Source of the DNA: an uncultured virus (IMG/VR IMGVR_UViG_3300037882_001470)
Lineage: Duplodnaviria > Heunggongvirae > Uroviricota > Caudoviricetes
Strand: one strand, 5' to 3'
Virus record (IMG/VR): IMGVR_UViG_3300037882_001470
Length of the DNA stretch: 20,000 nucleotides
Shown here: positions 1 through 8,837 of the stretch, one piece after another
Position numbering within the stretch: the first letter of the stretch is position 1
Layout: each line of letters begins with the position of its first letter
Position numbers and translations under genes: made by a program
Notes under the pieces: model-generated
Seen by the model: only the letters and a program-made list of their open reading frames with translations
What the model was told of the DNA's origin: nothing
Database searches by the model: none

Positions 1-20
1 TCTACAATAAACGTGACCAT
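1..20 (-). CDS. Probable start of the next gene (MVTFIV…), running off the window
   Basis: ATG at 20-18, 1 nt after the upstream stop; consistent with array spacing. Confidence 0.4.
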
Positions 21-21
21 T

Positions 22-306
22 CTACGTGTCGCCCTCCGTGTTAATTCTCTTCAGCTTAATGAGCATCTCCGGAGTGACCCGTCGCGCTTCTAGTAACATC
101 CCAAACGTCCATCGCCAAATAAACACGGGGATACACCGAATACCACCGATGACTAAAACTACCAATGCGAAGATACCGTTCAATAATTCGTAACCCAGTT
201 CGCACGCGGCATCCTTTACGTCCCGCAAGTGCCTTTTTACGAACTTACGTGTCCAACGATGCTTCGCGATCTCGACCACCGCATCGATGTAATGTGGTAG
301 TCTCAT
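22..306 (-). CDS. Putative membrane protein, 94 aa
   Basis: Start moved to MRLPHY (ATG 306, ATGA); hydrophobic LLNGIFALVVLVIGGI…IPVFIW. Confidence 0.75.
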   Translation of the reverse strand: MRLPHYIDAVVEIAKHRWTRKFVKRHLRDVKDAACELGYELLNGIFALVVLVIGGIRCIPVFIWRWTFGMLLEARRVTPEMLIKLKRINTEGDT

Positions 307-560
307 ACGATGCTCAGCCAGTGTAACACCGCTATCACCAGAGCTATACCATAGGACCAGGCCACGCACTTTACTGCACGTGTCCCTTCTTCGCTTCTTT
401 CGAGAACGATAATACTGATGAGCCCGACTACGAGCCACGACGTGAACGGGGCTTTCGATTGAAACGCTTTTGCCGCGGAGTAATAGATAAACCCTGCGAT
501 CGGGGACATTACTAAATACGCGAGCAATACTGGTATTACTTTTTTAACTGTCTTGTTCAT
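303..560 (-). CDS. Small membrane protein, 85 aa, about three TM segments
   Basis: Hydrophobic runs VIPVLLAYLVMSPIAGFIYY, WLVVGLISIIVL and VAWSYGIALVIAVLHWLSIV; basic N-terminus. Confidence 0.8.
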   Translation of the reverse strand: MNKTVKKVIPVLLAYLVMSPIAGFIYYSAAKAFQSKAPFTSWLVVGLISIIVLERSEEGTRAVKCVAWSYGIALVIAVLHWLSIV

Positions 561-566
561 GATGAT

Positions 567-848
567 TTATACTTCTGAAATGAGCACACCCACGATAGCA
601 CCAAGTTCTGATTTGTTTATCGGTATGGCGATATCGTATTTACGAGAGAACGTCCCGTTTTTTCTTTCGAGAACATAACAATCGGCACAGTATCCGTTGA
701 ATGTCCTCGTGGGTGTTACATACTTATCGTGCGGGTCGTCGGTTTTGTAGATTACCCCTTTAACGAAGTCCGTGTTTGCGTCTACCAACTCCTCTGCGGT
801 CAACGTCTCTGAGATACGACTCAGGTCTTTAGACCAGTTTTTATTCAT
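567..848 (-). CDS. Hypothetical protein, 93 aa
   Basis: ATGA start. Confidence 0.8.
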   Translation of the reverse strand: MNKNWSKDLSRISETLTAEELVDANTDFVKGVIYKTDDPHDKYVTPTRTFNGYCADCYVLERKNGTFSRKYDIAIPINKSELGAIVGVLISEV

Positions 849-1420
849 ATGTCGATACCCATAAATGTTAGCGGGTCCACTTTACCGTGACGCTTGAAGA
901 AACGGACGGCTTCGATACGCGCTTTAAATCCCGGGAGTTGTCTTGAGAAATCGAGATACTCTTTTACCAGCGTTTCTATACGCTCCGCTCTCACTGAATC
1001 TGCGTAATTTAGTAGTGCTCGTGTTGTCGCGAATACGCGCCAGTCTACGTCAGTGTAGCGCGCCATTCTATTAGTGAACTCGGCGATTATTTCCAGCCAA
1101 GATGCTTCGATATGATCTGGAAGGTTTTGGATAGCCGACTCTATCCTTCCGACATCGTATCGTGTTATTGGAATCTCACGATTGTTGTCGTGAAACATCC
1201 CCCAGGCGGTGGACATTTGCAACTTCAACTCCTTTATCTGTCCGTAGCCGTTCTTATATAGTAACCCATCTTCACCCCAATACACGTCGCAATCGCAGAA
1301 CACATGCTTCATTATCACGTGGTCCGCGCAACGGAATAGCCCTGGGTATTGTGCGATCTTGGTGGTGATGTATAACAACGCGGGTGTCGATTCCCATTCG
1401 TTCTTGATCTCACCGCTCAT
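845..1420 (-). CDS. Hypothetical protein, 191 aa
   Basis: Start moved to MSGEIK (ATG 1420, ATGA); ATGA at the end. Confidence 0.85.
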   Translation of the reverse strand: MSGEIKNEWESTPALLYITTKIAQYPGLFRCADHVIMKHVFCDCDVYWGEDGLLYKNGYGQIKELKLQMSTAWGMFHDNNREIPITRYDVGRIESAIQNLPDHIEASWLEIIAEFTNRMARYTDVDWRVFATTRALLNYADSVRAERIETLVKEYLDFSRQLPGFKARIEAVRFFKRHGKVDPLTFMGIDI

Positions 1421-1899
1421 AATTGAATTGGAGGCAGCATACACGCCTCAACGCACGTCTTAATCAGTGCCTTCATCCGATGTGACGCAATTGCGTAAGT
1501 GCACGCATCCCGATACGCCTCATTTGTGAGGCAATCGCCGTTGTTGGCGTCAAACAGCGCAGCGTCTTCTTGTAGGTGTTTGTGGTATAGGTCATCCAGT
1601 CGGCCTTGCACAATGCGCGATTCTGCATCCCTCATTGCATCCAGACTATCGTTGAAACGTAGGGCATATTTTTCGGTCTCTTGTATTTGACCGGTCACCC
1701 TGACATATCTTCTCTGCTTTTGACCGTCTATTTGACGCCACGTCCACTCCCACCCACTCAGACTCATTATCAAAGCCTTCTCATACGCCCTATTATCGGC
1801 GTCCTTAAACTCAATCAGCCTTACAAGATATTTGATCTCCTGTTCTGCCAGTGGACGTTTCAGCGCCTCGTCGAGCTGGTTTACTTCTGGTATTGTCAT
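1417..1899 (-). CDS. Hypothetical protein, 160 aa (GW…FNDSLDAM…A.A..R..ALI family)
   Basis: ATGA at both ends; NDSLDAM is near-identical to NESLDAM in 12144..12842. Confidence 0.85.
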   Translation of the reverse strand: MTIPEVNQLDEALKRPLAEQEIKYLVRLIEFKDADNRAYEKALIMSLSGWEWTWRQIDGQKQRRYVRVTGQIQETEKYALRFNDSLDAMRDAESRIVQGRLDDLYHKHLQEDAALFDANNGDCLTNEAYRDACTYAIASHRMKALIKTCVEACMLPPIQL

Positions 1900-2510
1900 G
1901 TCGCCTGCGCGTCTTTCAGCGCTTTCAATTCACGTTCTAACTCGAGTCGTTTTATTTCAGACTTTCGGTAGTTTGTAGCGTGAGCGTTACGGGAGTCGAT
2001 ACAAGCGCGTAGTTCTCTAGCCAGAGTCTCGACGGTCACGCTCAGCTTATTGCAGCGCTCCGCGACCTCCCTCACCTTCTTTATCGGAGATTCGTCCTCT
2101 CGGCACCCGATAGCGTCACATAGTCCGATCAACACCTCTTTTTTGAATTCATCCATCAGGGCAAGCCGGGTCATAAGATCCTTGTATGGCTTCGCCGAAG
2201 ATGGCGTATAGCAGTCCTCGGCACCACACAGAATCGCCCACTTGTCCCTGTCTACCAACGCCGCGTTACGTTCTTTTGTAAGCAGCTCTATTTGGGCTTT
2301 GAGTCTCTTGATTTCATCACTTTCTGACGGAGTGATAAGAACCGCACTATGCCCCAGCGCGTCAATGTCGCATCTAGGTATGTTGGTGACGTGCCCATAG
2401 AATGTGAGTGGTAGAATACCAGACGGCACTCCCAGTTGTAGCACTTCTGCGTTTACACCGTTACGGATCGACCACACGGGATGCATGATTGGTTCTGAAT
2501 TATTACTCAT
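1896..2510 (-). CDS. Coiled-coil hypothetical protein, 204 aa
   Basis: Start moved to MSNNSE (ATG 2510, short overlap). EIKRLKAQIELL and EIKRLELERELKAL heptads; ATGA at the end. Confidence 0.85.
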   Translation of the reverse strand: MSNNSEPIMHPVWSIRNGVNAEVLQLGVPSGILPLTFYGHVTNIPRCDIDALGHSAVLITPSESDEIKRLKAQIELLTKERNAALVDRDKWAILCGAEDCYTPSSAKPYKDLMTRLALMDEFKKEVLIGLCDAIGCREDESPIKKVREVAERCNKLSVTVETLARELRACIDSRNAHATNYRKSEIKRLELERELKALKDAQAT

Positions 2511-3450
2511 CTTTCTTACAACAGTCGCGATTCGGGAAAATCTTACTCCCATCATCGTAATGATTACCGCACCTCGGATTGTTCATCGCGTCTAGCAATG
2601 CCAGTCGAACGGTGTCCCCGTAGCCGGTAATGTTTTTACCCACCGACGCACACCACGTCCTTGTAGCGTCATCGCCCGAGATCTTAATACTGGCAGTTGA
2701 CCCGTCTTGAAAATGCCCGACCTCTCGCGTCAGCCAGTTTAAGATGTCGGTGTCTGCATTCCGGTGTGGTGATGTTTCGGTAGCGACTTCTTTAGACGAT
2801 GTCAGGTTACGCAACTCCGCGCGCAGCTTATCCAGCTCTTTCATAGCTTCGTCGCGCTCTTTGGTGCGTTGCTGTAGCACTGTGAGCCAGTTGTCCCTAG
2901 ACTTTACGGTGTCTTGCCACCACTTACGATAGTCGTCCCTTTGTTGTAACAATGATTGCCCCGTATCGTCTTCTTTAACCACATGAACTGACAACTTCCA
3001 GTTCTCGACTACTGCGTCGGTCTCGCCTGTTACCATCCCTTGAGCGCAAGCGGAGCGTGCAATATCGGACAGTAGGGTCTTCATGCTTTCAGCAGACTCT
3101 CCGTTTAATTGGTAATATACGTCCATTATAAGCCGCAGGTGCAAACCAGGAACCTCCGGCTTCTCATCCATCGCAGTTAATGGCACATCGAAGTAACCGG
3201 GAGCTGTAGCGTCGGTCTTTCGCAACACGTCTTCTGCGACGTCGAATGGTGTGTGGAAGTCATCACGCTTCAATGGGAACATCACGTATAAGAAGTCCTT
3301 CAACGTAGCCCGAACTAATTCTAGTTCTCGTTCAATTTTCGCGGCGCGCTCTACGGAAACTACCTCATTGTTCGAGGTCATATCGGGTACAAACTTCAAA
3401 CTGTCGACCCGAGTTGTCGGGTATTCTTCTACTGGTTTTGCTGGTAACAT
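2503..3450 (-). CDS. Modular hypothetical protein, 315 aa, coiled coils and a C-terminal DTDILNWL…TVRLALLDAM module
   Basis: Longest complete gene in the array; ATG 1 nt after the upstream stop. Confidence 0.88.
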   Translation of the reverse strand: MLPAKPVEEYPTTRVDSLKFVPDMTSNNEVVSVERAAKIERELELVRATLKDFLYVMFPLKRDDFHTPFDVAEDVLRKTDATAPGYFDVPLTAMDEKPEVPGLHLRLIMDVYYQLNGESAESMKTLLSDIARSACAQGMVTGETDAVVENWKLSVHVVKEDDTGQSLLQQRDDYRKWWQDTVKSRDNWLTVLQQRTKERDEAMKELDKLRAELRNLTSSKEVATETSPHRNADTDILNWLTREVGHFQDGSTASIKISGDDATRTWCASVGKNITGYGDTVRLALLDAMNNPRCGNHYDDGSKIFPNRDCCKKDE

Positions 3451-3451
3451 T

Positions 3452-3709
3452 TTATTTTGCTGTGTCTACTATTCTGTGCGATTTATTGAGCGTATCATGA
3501 AATCGCCAAATGAAGCCACCATTGGCCGTCTCGCATCCGGCAGGAACCGGAGATCTTCCGAAATAATCTTTATTCGTTAGCGTGCAGTTCGGGTCGCATG
3601 TGTAAGCAATATTTCCGATTACTCCTACTATTTCACCCGCTGGCACCCAATTATACAAACGGTCTAAATGCTCGATTTTGTCTCCGATTTGTGGTGGCCT
3701 TGTTATCAT
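3452..3709 (-). CDS. Hypothetical protein, 85 aa, SH3-like start
   Basis: PQIGDKIEH…GEIVGV; ATGA start. Confidence 0.75.
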   Translation of the reverse strand: MITRPPQIGDKIEHLDRLYNWVPAGEIVGVIGNIAYTCDPNCTLTNKDYFGRSPVPAGCETANGGFIWRFHDTLNKSHRIVDTAK

Positions 3710-4236
3710 CCGTCCTTGCTTATTGCGTCGATTGCCTTACGCAAGCTGGTCTCAGGCTCGGACAGGTCTTTACCTCCTGCGTGTAGCCATACGTCACCGT
3801 CTTCACATCTAATCTCGATACCGTCCGTAAACGAGTCGAGGAGGTCTACTCGTTCTTTGTCCGCTTTGAGTTCGATGTAGGGCTCTGCCTCCTCCATACA
3901 TACGCAGGCATGTCTACCTTCTATACGGTTCTCTTTCCAGCCGTCTCCATTACACTCATCGCATACGCGCGCAGCCAGCTCATCGTTAGCCGCTTTCAGA
4001 CGAGCAATCTCCGCGCTCTGGTCTTTGTGTTTTTCACGATACTTCTCAAAGGCGACGATCACATCATTCTTCTCACTGACGAGCGCGTAATACTGCTCAT
4101 TTTTTCGAGCAATCGTTGACCGAGCGTCATCGCGTTGTCTTTGAATATGCCGGGCGAGTTCCAGCGCTTCGTAGTAACCCGTTCCGAGCCCTCTCGGTGT
4201 CGCGGCGAACTTGTCGACATCTGAAAGCTCGCTCAT
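3706..4236 (-). CDS. Modular protein, 176 aa: coiled coil, Zn finger, and a D.ERVDLL…SLRKAIDA module
   Basis: LARHIQRQRDDAR; CDECNGDGW…ACVC; ATGA at both ends. Confidence 0.85.
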   Translation of the reverse strand: MSELSDVDKFAATPRGLGTGYYEALELARHIQRQRDDARSTIARKNEQYYALVSEKNDVIVAFEKYREKHKDQSAEIARLKAANDELAARVCDECNGDGWKENRIEGRHACVCMEEAEPYIELKADKERVDLLDSFTDGIEIRCEDGDVWLHAGGKDLSEPETSLRKAIDAISKDG

Positions 4237-4439
4237 ACTTTGAGTCCTATAACGCTAGCCAAGGCTTCTAGCTTTTGCTGCCACGTTGCGTCTACCGCCT
4301 CGAACACGTGTCCACAGATGTGCTCTAGCATTATTACGTATTGGTTGTAACGTGAATTGTCCAAACGCACCGGGGACTTCAACGTCTGAACCGCCACCAT
4401 GCACAGCCAATGGAGCTCCATTAAATCATTTACGTTCAT
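4233..4439 (-). CDS. Hypothetical protein, 68 aa
   Basis: ATGA at both ends. Confidence 0.75.
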   Translation of the reverse strand: MNVNDLMELHWLCMVAVQTLKSPVRLDNSRYNQYVIMLEHICGHVFEAVDATWQQKLEALASVIGLKV

Positions 4440-4948
4440 CGAGGTTCCAGATGCTTCAAGGATGCATGAATTACGTTGGCTTTACGAACCATGCGCGTAA
4501 ATGCTTCATCGCCCCATTTTACAATTACGAACCCGTAAAGGTTGTCGTTAGGATTTATAAACACGCGATCTATTGTGCCTGTAAGTTCTGCGGAAGCCGC
4601 AGAGTAGTCGTTGATGTTACTAAGAAACCGCGCAGAATAACAGACCTTGTCGCCTACTTGGAATTCTCCGTTTACGAGTTTACGTGGAGGTTCGGGAGGT
4701 AGGACCACTGTTGAAGCAGACTCCCATACGAACAACCCTTCTAGGACAGCCCAGCCTGGGTCGCCTTCTACGAATACCAGCTTCGGCTCATACCCTTGGA
4801 GTTCTGCCTGTGCGAGTGCTGTCGCCTCGTAAGCACCTTCAGCTTTTTGAGGCTCTGTGCATTCAATTTTAACGAAGTAGAAGTCCGACTCCCCATTAGA
4901 ATTGCGTGCCGCTACGACGCATTTTACGATTACGTGTTGAGTGTCCAT
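4436..4948 (-). CDS. Two-domain hypothetical protein, 170 aa, C-terminal SH3-like barrel
   Basis: N-domain VVAARNSNGESDF…GYEP; Pro linker LPPEPP; C-domain FQVGDKV…GTIDRV…VIVKWGD…VRKANV. Confidence 0.85.
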   Translation of the reverse strand: MDTQHVIVKCVVAARNSNGESDFYFVKIECTEPQKAEGAYEATALAQAELQGYEPKLVFVEGDPGWAVLEGLFVWESASTVVLPPEPPRKLVNGEFQVGDKVCYSARFLSNINDYSAASAELTGTIDRVFINPNDNLYGFVIVKWGDEAFTRMVRKANVIHASLKHLEPR

Positions 4949-4956
4949 CGATATCG

Positions 4957-5247
4957 TTAGTCTAGGCGTATAGTTCCGCCTTTAAGCCACCCCGAAGTAA
5001 CGGTGCCGGTGACAGCCTCTCCGCTGGGGCTTGTAGCCGAGAAGCCTGTCGAGAATACATCTTCCTCTGACTTTGCGAATGGTCTCCAACCAGTGATCTC
5101 GATGTTTTTGTAGCCCTGCTGTTGCAGGATGCGTGTTGTGTCGTTCGGGCGTGTGCAGGCCGATGGCATCCACCAGATCAGTCCGCAAATTGCGAAGAAG
5201 ATAGCGAGGTAGGTCGCAATATTTCCAAGTAGTTTCAGTGTTTTCAT
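4957..5247 (-). CDS. Membrane-anchored or lipoprotein-like phage protein, 96 aa
   Basis: N-terminal hydrophobic segment, then SAC(T), a possible lipobox. L…GY..I..TGW..F….D.F.TGF.A..P.G..V.G.V.SG..KG.TIR matches a common small phage envelope family from recall. Confidence 0.85.
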   Translation of the reverse strand: MKTLKLLGNIATYLAIFFAICGLIWWMPSACTRPNDTTRILQQQGYKNIEITGWRPFAKSEEDVFSTGFSATSPSGEAVTGTVTSGWLKGGTIRLD

Positions 5248-5606
5248 AAAGTTGTGTCCGAGGGATAAATACGTAGTTTATTCTTCACCATTAGAAAAGC
5301 GCGAAGAAGCGTTTCGTCGGAAGCCGTCATCAAATCAAACGTGTCACACCGGGAGGAGTCGCACACGATGTTGTCGATGGTGCGTACGAAGTAAACGAGC
5401 ACACGTTGTTCTTCTACATCCAAAAGCTTCAGCAGTCGCAGGACGTCCTTATGGTTGTCGTGATACCGTGGGACACCTTGATGTTCCAGGTGCCCCGGCG
5501 GGATTCCGCATGGGATTCCTTCTATCGCGTGAGGTTCGGTCCAACCTTCGCACTCCGCCGCCATCAGTCGGAGCTCAGCTATTGTAACCTCTGAGTTATT
5601 TCTCAT
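5244..5606 (-). CDS. Hypothetical protein, 120 aa (GW…VPRY…AS…RAFL family)
   Basis: ATGA at both ends; putative paralogue of 12144..12842 and 1417..1899. Confidence 0.85.
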   Translation of the reverse strand: MRNNSEVTIAELRLMAAECEGWTEPHAIEGIPCGIPPGHLEHQGVPRYHDNHKDVLRLLKLLDVEEQRVLVYFVRTIDNIVCDSSRCDTFDLMTASDETLLRAFLMVKNKLRIYPSDTTL

Positions 5607-5881
5607 GATTCTTTGCGGTCTGCGTCGTCCAACAGCTTCGCAAATTGCAGCAGCTCCCCCTCGGCTCTCGCTAGGTTGTTCTTCGCTTTAGTCAGTTCCT
5701 GCACGAGGTCGCGGAAGCTGTTTACCTTTCGAGCAGACTTCCACAACTTTCCTTTGTAATACATTCCGATATAACGCCACTCCTCCAGCGTTCCGAGGTG
5801 CTTACCGGCTGCGCAGGCTTCGGTCAGCTCTATTACGCGCGCCGACGTTACCTTTAAAGTTGCAGGTTGCTTCTTTGTCAT
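5603..5881 (-). CDS. Hypothetical protein, 92 aa, C-terminal coiled coil
   Basis: AATAAAATC-ATG start; ATGA at the end. Confidence 0.8.
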   Translation of the reverse strand: MTKKQPATLKVTSARVIELTEACAAGKHLGTLEEWRYIGMYYKGKLWKSARKVNSFRDLVQELTKAKNNLARAEGELLQFAKLLDDADRKES

Positions 5882-5894
5882 GATTTTATTGTTG

Positions 5895-6497
5895 CTATAA
5901 CTCTTCCGGACCGGGCTTGTGATTAAATACTGCCTCAGCGATTAAGTTACGGAACACGATCTCCAGATGTCGTGGAGTATCTGAGCCAGTTTCGACGGTC
6001 ATACCTTTAAGTATTTTTGGGTATTTGCTTTCCCCAACGCGTTGCAACGTAACTTCGTGTTGACCAATAGTAATAATTGGCGATGTGTCGTCGTGGGTGA
6101 ACTTTACTTTACCAACGACATGCGGCCACTCTTTTCGTGCGACGTAGGCGATGTTCAAAAGCGGTTGCCAGAATTGGAAAGTCTCGGACCACCGGGCCTG
6201 TTTCTCTGCCATTGCATCTTCAAGCTTTTTAACTTGGGCCTTTATCAAAGCAATACTACGTTCTGCAAGTTCCTTGGCGTTGAGCGCCTGTAGCTCGCTT
6301 ACATGATATACTGCGTAGCTTCCATCCGAGTCGTGAGTGACGTGAAACACGAAGCCTCCTACCTCGGACTCTACAGCCCCAACAACGCCTTCTACACGAT
6401 TTTCCTGATATGGTATCGCCGATATATTAATTGTCGGTATTAAACGTGCGTCGCAGAGTCCTACCGTCCTTACAATTGTTCCTGATTTTATTTCCAT
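5895..6497 (-). CDS. Hypothetical protein, 200 aa: SH3-like N-terminus, coiled coil, C-terminal domain
   Basis: IKSGTIVRT…GVVGAV…FHVTHDSDGSYAVYHVSEL, followed by heptads. Confidence 0.85.
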   Translation of the reverse strand: MEIKSGTIVRTVGLCDARLIPTINISAIPYQENRVEGVVGAVESEVGGFVFHVTHDSDGSYAVYHVSELQALNAKELAERSIALIKAQVKKLEDAMAEKQARWSETFQFWQPLLNIAYVARKEWPHVVGKVKFTHDDTSPIITIGQHEVTLQRVGESKYPKILKGMTVETGSDTPRHLEIVFRNLIAEAVFNHKPGPEEL

Positions 6498-6503
6498 GAT
6501 TTA

Positions 6504-6989
6504 CTATTCTGTTGTTTTCGTGACCAACTCCGGTATCAGCCCGGAGAAGTCCGCGCGCTTGATCGAGTTGACCAAGAAGTCGATGTGAAACGTTGATAGC
6601 ACTTTTTGAGCTTCCTCCATACTGCCCACTGGTTTTGAAAACACCACGGCGTTCCCGATGCGTGCTTCTGCCCTCGGCGATTGGGGAACGTTTTCAACGT
6701 AATGGTAAGTCGGTATCAAAGATAGCTCCGGTTCTGGACTTTCGACTACAGCCGGGGTCACGGCTTCGAGCATCAGTTTCAGTCGAATACGAAGTCGTGT
6801 CAGTGCATCGGACTTTGCCTCATCCGCGGTTTTCGCCGTATGCAATACGCCGCCTACAACACCAAGCTGTGGGCAACTCATCACCCACTTACCTGGACGG
6901 TCTTTGTCCCAACACGTGACGACAACTTTTACCCATTGGTCTTCCAGTAACCACGTCACTCCATTTAGCTCTCGCCAGTTTGTTTTCAT
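6504..6989 (-). CDS. Hypothetical protein, 161 aa
   Basis: ATG abuts the upstream TAA; TAG-TAA double stop. Confidence 0.8.
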   Translation of the reverse strand: MKTNWRELNGVTWLLEDQWVKVVVTCWDKDRPGKWVMSCPQLGVVGGVLHTAKTADEAKSDALTRLRIRLKLMLEAVTPAVVESPEPELSLIPTYHYVENVPQSPRAEARIGNAVVFSKPVGSMEEAQKVLSTFHIDFLVNSIKRADFSGLIPELVTKTTE

Positions 6990-7226
6990 TTATTGTCTAT
7001 TTGGAAACTCTCTCATCGCGATCTCCAGCGCCTCCCAGAAATTCGGATGATGATACGAACGAGATCCAGTCCCGTTCATTGGGTTCATACTTATAAACCA
7101 TTCGCGTGGGTATACTGAGCACCCATTCTCGACGGAGATCGGTTTCTGCTTTAACATCCATGCGATAAGTTCGTCCTGCCGTTGTTTTGTCGGGGTGGTG
7201 GTCCCCCCGTTGCTATCTATGTTCAT
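6990..7226 (-). CDS. Hypothetical protein, 78 aa (DELIAWM…W…FWEALEIAM module)
   Basis: Stop abuts the next ATG; module resembles the C-termini of 2503..3450 and 3706..4236. Confidence 0.75.
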   Translation of the reverse strand: MNIDSNGGTTTPTKQRQDELIAWMLKQKPISVENGCSVYPREWFISMNPMNGTGSRSYHHPNFWEALEIAMREFPNRQ

Positions 7227-7237
7227 GCTTATTTGTC

Positions 7238-7450
7238 CTACAATTGTTTTGCGCCTTCTGCAGCTTTTTTCAGGAACAGTGCGTAATTCCTGAAACTCGC
7301 GAGGCCTATCTGTGGTATTCTTTCGGTGGGATGGCTATGTGCATACCATTTAACCACCCCGTCTTCACGTAAACACTCCGCGCTAAATCCTTCAGCAGTC
7401 GCTTCAAATATAACCCTGCGAGGGTTAATCCATCGTGTTGTAATTTTCAT
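7238..7450 (-). CDS. Hypothetical protein, 70 aa
   Basis: A-rich start context; tiles the array. Confidence 0.75.
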   Translation of the reverse strand: MKITTRWINPRRVIFEATAEGFSAECLREDGVVKWYAHSHPTERIPQIGLASFRNYALFLKKAAEGAKQL

Positions 7451-7476
7451 TCTGATTTACACAACTCTCATACTGT

Positions 7477-7773
7477 CTAGTCGGGTTTACACAAGTGATC
7501 CACGAACCCGGCCAACACGAACCGAATGCTCGTAATCGCGTCGTCGCCTTTTTCGCGTGACACTTTCAACAGCGCTAGTGCGTCCATCATTACAGCGTCG
7601 GACGCAAGGAGCTCCTTCATGTGTTCTAGCATCGGCGTGCGCATTGCCGCCTCCAATTGCTCCGCGGCGTTGGCTTGCCACACGATGATACACGCACCTT
7701 CTGCCTGGTGAGCACTTTGGATAGCTCCAGTGGTCATCACCGCTTCTACGATTGAGTCTCCGAATGATTTCAT
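7477..7773 (-). CDS. Hypothetical protein, 98 aa
   Basis: ATGA start; helical composition. Confidence 0.8.
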   Translation of the reverse strand: MKSFGDSIVEAVMTTGAIQSAHQAEGACIIVWQANAAEQLEAAMRTPMLEHMKELLASDAVMMDALALLKVSREKGDDAITSIRFVLAGFVDHLCKPD

Positions 7774-8219
7774 ACCTTGTGATTCTTTTTGTTAATCTTT
7801 AATATACGCCCGTTGCCCGTATACCTCGCGTAATGCTTCGCAAACTTTGCAGCCTCGTGAGACATTGCGCATAGTTCGAGCATTGCAAAGTCACTCGCAT
7901 CCAACGCAAGTTTGTTACCGTCAACTGGAAGTGTATCAATCGACCTTCGAATACTTTCAAACACTTCCGCGGCTACTTCGTATGGCCCAACATCGATGAT
8001 ATAGTGGGGCTCATTCGTCTTGCGCCCCTTTTCTCTAGCGGCGCAGTAATCAGCATGCGTTCCCCCATCTTTACCGTTTGTCCAATTACGCCCACATGAA
8101 TGGCATTCAAACTTCGGCCTGTCACAATCCAGCGGCACGCGCTCCATTCGTATGTCGTGTGACTTACATCTATCACACCGCGGCGTTGACTCCGTAGTCA
8201 CAGCAGGTTTAATCGGCAT
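7770..8219 (-). CDS. Zn-ribbon protein, 149 aa
   Basis: CDRCKSHDIRMERVPLDCDRPKFECHSCGRNW; ATGA at the end. Confidence 0.8.
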   Translation of the reverse strand: MPIKPAVTTESTPRCDRCKSHDIRMERVPLDCDRPKFECHSCGRNWTNGKDGGTHADYCAAREKGRKTNEPHYIIDVGPYEVAAEVFESIRRSIDTLPVDGNKLALDASDFAMLELCAMSHEAAKFAKHYARYTGNGRILKINKKNHKV

Positions 8220-8270
8220 GGCTAGCTTCCGCGACGACCGTTGGTATATCCGTTGTCCACGTTCCGTTGT

Positions 8271-8441
8271 TTACGTCGGGCATAGAATCACGTGTGCTGT
8301 CTGATCTCCGGCGCGTTTAAACCGCCGTGCCGTCTTCTCCGCCTCGCTGGCGGGCATTGCGTCTGTAAACCTTCCTCCTTTGTAGGAGACCGCACATTGT
8401 GCGTCTTTGCGATGCGTTGGCATCGATACTTCAATTTTCAT
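8271..8441 (-). CDS. Putative 56-aa protein (not in the ORF track)
   Basis: Translated by hand: MKIEVSMPTHRKDAQCAVSYKGGRFTDAMPASEAEKTARRFKRAGDQTAHVILCPT. Start context CAACAGAATC-ATG resembles other genes here. Confidence 0.65.
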   Translation of the reverse strand: MKIEVSMPTHRKDAQCAVSYKGGRFTDAMPASEAEKTARRFKRAGDQTAHVILCPT

Positions 8442-8601
8442 GATTCTGTTGTTCTCTTTTACTTATCGCTTCTAATACTTCCTTGTGGCGCCGATCTGCT
8501 GCGTGTTCTGTTAAGACGAATAGAATCAGTATAGCCAGCATTATACCCATGAATATGACGAGCATATTCGACGTGACCTTGTTGTATTGTTCTTCCGTCA
8601 T
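8431..8601 (-). CDS. Putative single-pass membrane microprotein, 56 aa (not in the ORF track)
   Basis: Translated by hand: MTEEQYNKVTSNMLVIFMGIMLAILILFVLTEHAADRRHKEVLEAISKREQQNHEN. ATG lies 1 nt after the upstream stop; 18-residue hydrophobic run. Confidence 0.75.
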   Translation of the reverse strand: MTEEQYNKVTSNMLVIFMGIMLAILILFVLTEHAADRRHKEVLEAISKREQQNHEN

Positions 8602-8602
8602 A

Positions 8603-8833
8603 TTACCCGACTTTCAGTTTACGTCTCGGAGTCAAAAGAAACCCTTTACCGTCTTTCGGTAGAGTAGCTCCAAGTCTCACACCGTCCGGGTCAAATGTTC
8701 GAACCCACAGCGCGCGTGCATTAGGTGCTCCTACGTGTTTGATTTCAGTGGTCACCCGCCAATTCCCCGGCGACGTCTCCACCAGCTTCGGCTTCTCGTC
8801 TGATTTGAATGTTATTTCAAGTGTCGTTCTCAT
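8603..8833 (-). CDS. Hypothetical beta-rich protein, 76 aa
   Basis: ATG right after the upstream double stop. Confidence 0.75.
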   Translation of the reverse strand: MRTTLEITFKSDEKPKLVETSPGNWRVTTEIKHVGAPNARALWVRTFDPDGVRLGATLPKDGKGFLLTPRRKLKVG

Positions 8834-8837
8834 TTTA

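Noticed and set aside
8209..8283. 24-codon ORF MPDVNNGTWTTDIPTVVAEASHAD spanning the largest gap
   Set aside because: Too short to support and featureless; it could be real but cannot be distinguished from chance.
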